Origin: Chrysomallon squamiferum | Lineage: Eukaryota; Animalia; Mollusca | NCBI GenBank assembly: GCA_012295275.1 | Contig: CM022668.1 | Span: forward strand, 12,834,001 to 12,898,000 | Reading direction: 5' to 3' | Length of the DNA stretch: 64,000 nucleotides | Part shown: piece by piece, positions 53,375-64,000 of the stretch | Numbering within the stretch: the first letter of the stretch is position 1 | Layout: each line of letters starts with the position of its first letter | Notes under the pieces: generated by a model | Database searches by the model: none | The model's input: the letters and a program-made list of their open reading frames with translations, nothing else | Told to the model about the DNA's origin: nothing | Program-made: the position numbers and the translations under genes

Positions 53375-53780
53375 GGCAAAAATAATTGATGCCATTTCCA
53401 GTTCTAAATGGTGACCCATGCCTCGGTCTTGTACAGAAATAATTACTAAGTGTTCTCAGTTCAGTAGATGTGGAATATTTAATGCCATTTCCAGTTCTAA
53501 ACAGTGCTCCATGTCTCAGTCTTACACTGAAATAATTACTAAGTGTTCTCAATTCAATAAGTTTATATAAATGCAAAATAATTAGCTGTTTTCCAGTTCT
53601 AGATAGTGCTCTGTACAGTATAATCAGTTTATACTTGTGAATTCAGTAAATGCATAATAAAATCGTTAGTGCTGGTAGAAGTTCTAACCAGTGCTCTGTA
53701 TTTAGATAATTTCTAATTCTTCAGTAGATGTGTAAATACAATAATTAGCACTGTTTTCCAGTTCTAGATAATTCTATCAT
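53375..53780. repeat. Diverged tandem repeat, about 85-90 bp unit
   Basis: Recurring gccatttccagttcta and aaataattactaagtgttctca. Confidence 0.75.
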
Positions 53781-54679
53781 TGTTTTTTTTTGAATGGTGT
53801 AGTAGTGGTTGTAGTATATGGCTGTTTCACTGGTTAATTATTTTCAATTCAATAAAGGTATTTTTAAAATTATTATTATTATTATTATTGCTGCAACTCC
53901 TGCTTTTACTATTACTATCACTACTATTATAACTACTACTACTACTGCTAGTGCTACTACTGTTGTCGTTGTTCTTATGTCTGACCAAATGCCATTCCAA
54001 ATGCTGCTCCATCAGTTTGGTAATTCTCTATTAAAATAATTAATGTCCATCACATAGCTGTTTCCATTTCCATTCATTTCCTCCACTGCTGGTTTATATC
54101 CATCCATCCATCTATCCATCCATCCATTCATCCATCCATCCATCCATCCATCCATCCATCCATCCATTCATCCATCCATCCATCCATCAAAGTACCTCTG
54201 GTATTTGTAGTCAGCCAAATACATTTAAACCAAAAACATTTTAATTATTTTTTTCTATTTAATTAGATTTGATCATATGCCATCTGTTTGTCCATCTGTG
54301 TTATTCATTATTCTGTATCTTATTCAACTATGATGTTGTTTTTTTTTGTTACTCAACACTTCATTATATATTACACCCGTTGCATATAATTATTATGTAA
54401 CGGGCCGAATTACTTCATGCATAGTAAGTGATGTCTTTCAAGTCTGGGCTCTGGAATCAAGTTTTGAATATTGCATGGAACAGAATCAATGTTGGTTGGC
54501 TTTTGTTGTTTTTTTTGGAAATTTGCCGGTGACAAAAGATTTGGCACAATAATGGCTGTGTCATATTACGTTGGGTTTTTGTTGGTTTTTTTCCACCTCC
54601 AATTATGCATTGTTTTACAGTAATTTCGCATCCAACAGTACCAGGTGCATCTGTCTTCACTTAGTTAACAACAGAAACC

Positions 54680-54710
<31 letters not shown>

Positions 54711-54974
54711 AAAGAGAAAAAAAAAAAGATACAATCTTGTTTTCATCAAGAATTATTACATGTGTTATCTGGAAATACTGATACTGTAAATAGATATACC
54801 ATATACCAGGTGTAACGTAAACAATGGTATTGTTTACACACTACCAGCAGAAACTGTGTAATAACATTTGTATTCTGCAGCAAATACCAACTGTATTGTG
54901 CAGTAGATACCTACTATGTTCTGCAGTAAATACCTACTATATTCTGCAGCAAGATATCTGTTATATTCTGCATG

Positions 54975-55665
54975 TAATTACTATTGCATATAATTTATTC
55001 ATTTTATTTATTCATTTATCTGTTCATTCTTTCATTCATGTGCATACAACATAAAACATATAATTACTATTGCATATGATATAATTTATTCATTTTATTC
55101 ATTCGTTCATTCCAGTGCATACAACATACTATTGCATTTAATATAATTTATTCATTTTATACATTCATTTATCCTAATTTTTTTAATTCCAATGCATACT
55201 ACATACAATTGCATATAATATAATTTATTCATTTTATACATTCATTTTATTTATCCAGTCATTCATTCATTCCCATGCATACAACATACAATTGCATATA
55301 AAATAATTTATTCATTTTATACATTCATTTATCCTAAATTTTTTAATTCCAGTGCATACAACATACAATTGCATATAAAATAATTTATTCATTTATCCTA
55401 AATTTTTTAATTCCAGTGCATACAACATACAATTGCATATAAAATAATTTATTCATTTTATACATTCATTTATCCTAAATTTTTTAATTCCAGTGCATAC
55501 AACATACAACTGCATAAAATATAATTTATTCATTTTATACATTCATTTATCCTAATTTTTTAAATTCCAGTGCATACTACATACAATTGCATTTAATATA
55601 ATTTATTCATTTTATACATTCATTTTGTCCATTCATTCATTCCAGTGCATACAGCATATAACTGC
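54975..55665. repeat. Minisatellite, about 65-78 bp unit
   Basis: Recurring aattgcatataaaataatttattcattttatacattcatttatcctaa..ttccagtgcatacaacatac. Confidence 0.9.
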
Positions 55666-56059
55666 TACCACTGCATGTAACATAATTAACTTACTTTATG
55701 TAACAGTTTACAGGCTAATAGCTTGGCCACTGTTAGTTTTAGGTCTGTGTTTTTATTGTATTTGACATGGTATGTGGACTCTTGCTGGGGAAAACTGGGG
55801 GTTAATTAGCCAAGTTCTTTGTGTACTGTACAGTTTATGTAAGAGATAATTTTCCTTTGCTGCCACTTCTATTTCAGTCTAATTGTATTAAGATTATTTA
55901 TTTGGTTTTATTTGTTACCTAAGATCTGGGGGAAAAAAAACAGACGGAGATGGTAGGGCCAGATATTTCAAATTAAATATAGTTTATTTGTTTGGTGGGT
56001 TTTTGGGTGTTTTTTTTTTTTTAGTGTTTGTTTGTTTGTTTGTTTGATTGTTTGATTGT

Positions 56060-56090
<31 letters not shown>

Positions 56091-57077
56091 TTTTATTTTA
56101 TTTATTATTATTTTATTTATTTATTTATTTGGTAAATTTTGAAACTGTCTTAGATGTAAAATGAAAATTAAGAATCAGACATAATATTTGAAATTAAGTA
56201 CACAATTAATTATTAATTTATTCTAAACAACAAAAACAAACATTTGTTTTTTTATTATCTCATTTTATCATCATTCTAATTTTAAAATCTAGATTAAAAT
56301 ATGAATACATGTTATTAGTCACTGGTAAAGTATATCTAAATCTGTATATCCAAACATACATGTAAACGTAAAATATATAGATAAAACAAGAGCGAGTGTG
56401 CTATATTATAAGTATTATATACCATGTGATACAACATGTATTTATCAGCAGGATGACACACTGAATGTAATCATATCACTGTATTCATAAATTACAATGT
56501 ACCATTGTCAGTGTATATATTGTATTAAAAAAAACAAAATGGTTGGTAGTGTTGATAGTATAGGCATGCATGAACACCTGCATAAGCAAACACAAACATA
56601 CAGATACACAGACACACACACAGACAACACACACACACACACACACACACACATTCTCTCATACTTGAAATTCTTCCCTTACATGACTTCTAACCACATC
56701 AGAGATGAAAAAAAAAAAAAAAATTAAAAAAATGAGTTGTCTGCTGTGTCATGAAGGGAAATGATTTAGCAGATTCTGTGTAACAGAAGTCTGCACGTGC
56801 TTCTGGTATTTCTCCAGCATCAGTTCCACACGCACGCACGCGCACACACACACACAGAACACTTGATAAACACATTCTTTAGCACACATATACACAGAAA
56901 CACTAAACACATTCCTACTACCTCTTCTATCATTAAAACTGCTACGACAAACACTACAGAATAATGAAATGCATAATAATAAAATGACTGGTTTAACCTC
57001 TGTTTTTTTTTGTATGATAGTTGTAGTTGTTGAGGTGAGAGAGTTCATGTGATGATGCCGTACTGGTCACGCATTTT

Positions 57078-57101
57078 ATGCATGTTCGTATATTTCAAAA
57101 G
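57078..57101 (+). CDS. Candidate alternative first coding exon of CACNB (MHVRIFQK)
   Basis: Strong phase-0 donor AAG|gtaagg; in-frame stop upstream at 57036. Confidence 0.3.
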
Positions 57102-57341
57102 GTAAGGATTAAATGTGGGTGTGGTTTGTGGTAGGGAGGAGATCAGGGTTGGTTAAGAATATTTTTTTGATTTTTTGTGTGGGACTTTTCAGATCAACGT
57201 CCATTGTTTTGTTCATCTGTGTATGTTAAACATTTATTTTTTTTTTTGATCCACGGTTATCAGATATTAATATTGTTAAACGTAACTGGTTTTGATAGAC
57301 ACTTTTAGCAGTTCTTGTCAACTAATTATGAAGGTAACACA

Positions 57342-57379
<38 letters not shown>

Positions 57380-57568
57380 ACAAAGCACTTGATACACACA
57401 TTGTATAGTGCATATGTATGTATATATATAATGTATGTATTATATGTATACATATATATATATGTGTGCATATTTATATGTGTTTGTATGTGTGTGTATA
57501 TATATTTATATACATAGACGCATACATACATACATGCTTACATATATATCAGAGACTGTATCTGTATA

Positions 57569-57622
<54 letters not shown>

Positions 57623-57889
57623 ACAAACAAACACACACACAAACACACACACAAACACACATTCAATCTCTGACACATAAGTGCATATGTACATACGACA
57701 GTGCAATACGGTGTGTATACAACATGTAGTGGTGCTCAAACACTGTTAGATTACTGACTGTGTGGAATGGTTCTGGTGTTGTGACATTAATTTTGTATGC
57801 TGCCTTAATTAGACGCATATTCCACTATTGATCTTATTCATGCAGCAACACTTGAAGATTGAAAACTAGCATGGGGATCACATGACGTG

Positions 57890-57984
57890 GACAAAATGGA
57901 AGACTGTTTGACTACAGCTGTTTAACTGTTGTTGTTGTTTTGTTTTATAAATGTTTTTAATGTGTGTTTGTGTGATTTTGAGTA

Positions 57985-58015
<31 letters not shown>

Positions 58016-58674
58016 CAGATGGTTTAGCAAAATGGAAGACATATCACTGTTTGACTAGTTTGACTATAGATATTTTACTGTTGTTTTGTTTTTGTTTAAA
58101 TGTTTTTAGTGTAAGCGTGTGATTTTAAGTAAGAGAAAATGAAAGAGAAAATGAAAGAGACAAAGAGAGACAGACAGAGAGACAGACAGACAGCAAAATG
58201 GAAGATATATCATTTTTTGACTGTAGTCGTTTTATTGTTGTTTTTGAATGTTTTTAGTTTAAGTGTGTCATATTAAGTAAGAGAGACAGACAGTTTTAAC
58301 AAAATGGAAGATGTATCAGTGTTTGATTGCAGCTGTTTTACTGTTGTTGTTTTTTGAATGTGATATTGAGTAAGAGAGAAAATGAAATAGAAAAAGAGAG
58401 AAAAAAACAGAGAGAAAGAGACACACAACAATATGGAAAATCTTTTGCTGTTTGACAACAGTTGTTTTGCTGTTGTCTTTTAAATGTGTTTTTTATATAG
58501 TGTGTCATTTTGAGTAAGAGAAGATGCAAGAGAGAAAGAAAGATACAGAGAGAGACAGAGAGACAGACGGATAGCAAAATGGAAGATATATCACTGTTTG
58601 ACTGTAGCTGTTTATTGGGTTTTTTTTAATGTTTTTCATGTAGATGTTTAATTTTCAGTAACAGAGAAAATGAA

Positions 58675-58747
<73 letters not shown>

Positions 58748-58870
58748 AAAATGGAAGGTGGCCACTGCTTGACTAAGCTATTCTACTGGTGTAATTTTTA
58801 TTTATTTATTTATTTAAATATTTTTATTGCAAGATCATTTTGAGTAAAAGAAAGGGGGAGAGAGAGAAAC
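57890..58870. repeat. Compound tandem repeat (about 110-170 bp) with variable (GA)n/(GACA)n tails
   Basis: About seven units beginning caaaatggaaga..cactgtttgact and ending ttgagtaagagag plus a microsatellite. Confidence 0.85.
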
Positions 58871-59920
58871 ATTACAGTTCCTCAGCAAAAAAACAAAACA
58901 ACCCCCTTAAACCTGGACAGCTATATTAGTAATACGGCCTTGACCTTAGACACATACACACTCACACTCTAACCATTCAACAAATTTCCTGATATGTCAA
59001 TAACAAATATTTGATATGCAATAGGTGACAATAGAATATCAACCAATATAGTGTAGTGGATTGTAAAATAAATATTTTATTTTCTTCTTGGTCTGGAAGG
59101 CGAGCAAGGTGAAGGTCATTGTGGTAACATCATATCGATTAATAACGTCTGTGTACAACATTTGTTTTTGTGATTACCTGTAATTAGCAAACACACCTGT
59201 GTCTAGGTGTAGGATTATTGATAAATGGGTTAATCTGAAGTAGATTTATCATGTCAGTGTTTCTGGTGTAAGTTAAATATTATCATATTTCTAAAAAAAA
59301 TTAATTAATTAATTAATTTATTTATTTTACTTATTTATTTACTCATTGTTTATTTTTATATGAATTATTTTTTTATATATTTTTTTGTTTGTATTCATTT
59401 TATTTTACTTTTATTTATTTATTTTATTAATTTTTTAAATTCAATTTTATTTTGTTTTATTTTTATGCATTTTAATTTACTTTCAATTATGTTTTTATTT
59501 ATCGAAGTTTTTTTTTTTTAAATTTGTTTTATATTAACCCACTTTTTAAAAATTATTTTACTTCTACATAATTTAATTTATTATTGAATTTTTTTTTTTT
59601 TTCTAATGTTTAATATTGATTAAATTATTTTTTTAGTTTTAGATTTAGTATTGCATTTGATTTATTATTTTCAGAAGAAATTAATTTGGTTTTTTTCTGT
59701 TCTTAGTTTTACTTAATTAAATTGGTTATCTATGTATTTACTACAGATGTGTACTTTCATACTAATGTACATGCATACATACATACATACATATATACAT
59801 TCATACATACATACATACATACATATCTTATACAGGTATATATTTTCTTCTGAGTCTTTATCATAAACAAACACTACAAAGTTAAAACAGTTTATTTCAT
59901 ATGTGTAATAACTGAGATAT

Positions 59921-59968
<48 letters not shown>

Positions 59969-61009
59969 GTAGATAACTAAACCTCATCATAAAATTATTA
60001 TCCATGTATTCTCTTCAAATGACAATGCACATAATGAAGGAAAGTCTGTAGAGGCTTCCACTGTCAATATAACATGGTGGCTACATCGGCCACGTTGTTG
60101 TCATCTGATGATGCATCAGATATTGATGTGTGGCTTTGTATCAGAAACTGATTGCGATTAATAATAGAATAGTTTGTTTTTAACGTTAAAATGTGTAACG
60201 CCAGCCAAACTGGTGTTTTTGTTTGATGAATGTTTTAATAAAAAGTTTTGTGGATTTTTTAAAAAATTTTAATTTTTTTATTTTTTGTGTATCTTTTGGT
60301 GGTCAATTAAATTTCTGAGTTGGTGTTTTTATTTTATTTTTAATTTTTTAAATTTTTTTAATATTTTTTTATCTTTGAACATTTTCATATAAAGGTTCTA
60401 ATTTTTAAAAAGGTAAATTTGGGAGTTTTTAAAGCTTTTTTTTAATTATCTTTATTATTATCAGAGTTTAATTTCAGAGGAGGCTGCATTTAAAAACTTT
60501 TATCTCATTTTTATGTGTTTTTTTAATTATTTTTGTTTTATATTTCTTGCTAGTTAAATTATTTAGTTTACTTTTGAGAATTCTTTTCTGAAAGTTGGAA
60601 TTTTTAATATATTTTTTTTAAATGTGTTTAATACTTTATCACAATTGCTTCTTCCAAGTTAGTGAACATATATCAATATTTACTTACATAACAGTATTAG
60701 CTTATTACTGTCAACTTGTAGATGAATAACAATAAAATAAACTTGAACCATGATTAATTTGCCATAGTTTTCAACTAGTTTATATATATATATATACTAG
60801 TTGAAATGTATTGTAAGTCATAATTTTTGAAAACTATGGCAAAAAAAGTATTTACTCTTACTACCTCTGATACTGCTGTTACTACTACAACTACTTCTAC
60901 AACTACCACTACCACTGCTGCCACTACTATTACTACTATCACAGCTCTTACTCTATCTTCATTTATCTTATTCCTTCAGTGCTCTTTCTTTTTTCCATTC
61001 TCTTTCTCT

Positions 61010-61408
<399 letters not shown>

Positions 61409-62242
61409 TCCCACCTCGACTGTGTCTAATCTGTGTGCGGTCACTGAATGTCCATCACTGGTCAGTTGTATTCAGGTTTCTAGATGACTTACAGATACGT
61501 TTGGTCCATCTTAACATAATGAGGTGGACAGTCTGAGTAAGCTGTCATTATATCACTTTATGTCATTAGCCTCATCATAAAGTATAAATTAAATCATAAG
61601 CGCTTACTGTATGGGGAACTATAACAACAGTAGTAGCAGCAAGAAGTCTTAGTAGTAGTAGTAGTAGTAGTAATGTAGTGGTGGTGGTGGTAATAGCAGT
61701 AGTAGTAGTACTGGTTGAAGTAGTAGTAGTAGTAGTGGCAGTAATAGCAGTAGTAGTAGTAGTAGTATTAGTAGTAGCAATAGTACTAGTGGTAGTAGTA
61801 ATAGTAGTAGTGGTAGTAGTAGTGGTAGCAGCAGTAGTAGCAGCAGTAGTAGTAGTAGTAGTACTAGCAGTAGTTGTAGTAGTGGTGGTAGTTGAAGCAG
61901 TAATAGTAGTGTTTTTAATAGCAGAAGTATCAGCAGTAGTAACAGTATTAAGTAGTTGAAGTAATAGTAATAGTAGAAGCAGTAATAGTAGTAGTAGTAG
62001 TGGTGGTAGTAGTAGTAATAACAGTAATAATGATGATAAAAGCAGTCATAATTTTAATTTTAATGATAAAAATAAATAATACTAGTAATAATAAAATGAT
62101 AACGGTGGTGATAATGATAATTGTAATAATAATGTAATTAGAATAGCAGCAGTAGCAACAGCAACAACGTCATCAGAAATTGTAGTAGTTGTTAAAATAA
62201 TTACAGCAACAATCGTAATATAATTTTTCCAACAACAATAAA

Positions 62243-62297
<55 letters not shown>

Positions 62298-62493
62298 GTA
62301 ATATAATGACAATAATAATAATAGTAATATAATGATGATAATAATAGGAAGATACTACTACTACTACTACCACAACTGCTACTACTACTACTAATAATAA
62401 TAATAAAAATAAAATAACAATAATTTAAAAAATAACAATGACAATAGTAATAATAATAAAACAATGCACTATAGTATTGCTACTACTTCTGCA

Positions 62494-62524
<31 letters not shown>

Positions 62525-62744
62525 TTACTACTACTACTACTACTATTACTATTTCTACAACTGCTACTGCTACCACTATCACTGCTACTGCTGCTACTCC
62601 TACTGCAGCTGCTACTACAACCACAACAACTACTCCTACTCCTACTACCACAACAACTACTCCTACTCCTACTACTCCTACTACTACGGCTACTATTAAT
62701 AATAACAGCAGCAATATAATAATAATAACAATAAGAAGAAGAAA

Positions 62745-63228
62745 AACGTGTCCAGTACTTGTTTTGTTTTTCTCTCTCCGAGTTTCACTATTGAACTCGG
62801 CAGCTCTGGAAAACTCTGGCACGCAGTGAAAACACACACAAAGCTTCGTATCGCCGTTGAAAACTTATTGATTATTTCTCCTCCTCGATAACTGTTCGTC
62901 GCCATGGAAGGCGAGCCTAACAACGACCCAATTACAAAGAGGCTGATAAGCAGCAAGTTATGCGCTGGATATTCAGCATTATTTATGTATCATGGCTGAA
63001 CGCTGGTGGTGGAAGCGATAGCAGCAGCTACGTGCTATTGCTCTTTAATTGTTCGTTCGTTTGTTCGTCGTTCGTTCGTACTCTTCCACGTGAAAAATAT
63101 GGATTGGACTGCGTAGTTGTTGCTGCTGCTGCTGACGATGATGACGATAGAATGGCACATTGTGGTGGCGACGTAGTCGAGCGAGGGTTGACTGCGACCT
63201 GATCTGGTTTAGTGTGGTCAAGACATGA
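62745..63228 (+). promoter_or_regulatory. Intronic CpG-rich island: probable alternative CACNB promoter and 5' UTR with uORFs
   Basis: Sharp rise in CpG/GC between low-complexity tracts. uORFs at 62904-62999 (gccATGG context) and 62960-63202. Confidence 0.5.
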
Positions 63229-63333
63229 ATGGATTATGACGTTGACGAAGGCATAATGCATGATGCAAAAAACCAGAGAATGGGACGAATTCGCAAAATT
63301 GTGTCGGGTCTGAGCGATATAGATTCTTTGGTG
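63229..63333 (+). CDS. Probable alternative first coding exon of CACNB (MDYDVDEGIMHDAKNQRMGRIRKIVSGLSDIDSLV)
   Basis: Lies at the 3' end of a second CpG-rich island. In-frame TGA directly before the ATG; phase-0 donor GTG|gtaaat, the phase needed to join the Cav-beta core exon. Confidence 0.55.
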
Positions 63334-63645
63334 GTAAATAGTTTTGACTGTGTTTTGTGTTTGTTTGTTCGTTTGTTTCTGTCGTCGTTGTTGTTGTAGA
63401 TGTGATCTGTGTTGTCGTAATGTGAAAACATGTCTGCTGAAGTAATGGCTGTCTAGAAAGAATGTTTTTTGTTTTTTTGTGTTTTGTTTTTGTTTTGTTT
63501 TTTGTTTTTTTTCAGAAAAGGATTTGCGTAAAATATTTAGTAATAAAATTTGTTTTATTTGTGGGTTCATCCTGGTTTTAATATTTATGTAAAATTGTAT
63601 CTGAATTAGTGAGTCTCTCTGTCTTAAACATTATTATTATTGTAA

Positions 63646-63686
<41 letters not shown>

Positions 63687-64000
63687 TTAAATATTTCTAA
63701 TTCCAAATATGAAGTCCATGATTCACTATAAAACGTTCTTATATTATCTCATACAATCATGATACAATAACGAGCATTTTAATCTCTTTCATTACACTTT
63801 CAATATTATTACTTACTCTGTGTATGTGAAATAACAACTGATATTTAACATTCTCTGATAAACTAACATATTACACAGACCACTTTAACATGTAAATATG
63901 TTAATACAACAACACTTACAGACATTCTTGAATATAAATAAAACAAAATACTGCTACTACTACTACTACTGCTACAACTACTCGTATTTCTATTACTACT

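Noticed and set aside
61409-61536. Possible poison cassette exon after the (CT)n tract (ctccag| ... ga|gtaagc)
   Set aside because: The acceptor strength comes from a microsatellite and the phase-0 frame stops after 6 codons. Nothing distinguishes it from a chance cryptic exon.
63028-63570. 180-aa minus-strand ORF
   Set aside because: Half of it is low-complexity (TTTTG)n translation, and the rest is antisense to the better-supported plus-strand promoter and first-exon candidate.

Overview
Very AT-rich, microsatellite-dense animal genomic DNA. The composition suggests a mollusc, possibly an octopod cephalopod (inference only). Two calcium-signalling genes lie head-to-head. (1) On the minus strand is an ITPRID/KRAP(SSFA2)/TESPA1-family gene. 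It can be built from 8 phase-compatible coding exons (ATG at 33126 down to a TGA at 1229) and carries the family motifs FEDDLPLGSEANNL and SLDALLQTRQVDPVKVLLNLGFG...RVPERFL...AAGIDL. Its last exon has an unexplained frame break: a second, protein-like frame continues to ...NESLV-stop at 660. (2) On the plus strand is the 5' part of a voltage-gated calcium channel beta-subunit gene (CACNB; exons 43205-43267 and 47450-47530, GKGSKRKGKFKRSDGS...SNSFIRQ), with several candidate alternative first exons; the SH3/GK core lies beyond the window. Between the two promoters is a cluster of seven tRNA-Pro genes (six TGG, one AGG; five + and two -) with a shared upstream element and CRE-like sites, bracketed by a repeated 15-bp motif. 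The window also holds a Tigger4/MER46-like MITE, other small MITE/SINE remnants, many locally amplified minisatellites and a candidate recursive splice site. Nearly all ORFs in the supplied track are microsatellite artefacts. All gene models were assembled by eye, without database searches.
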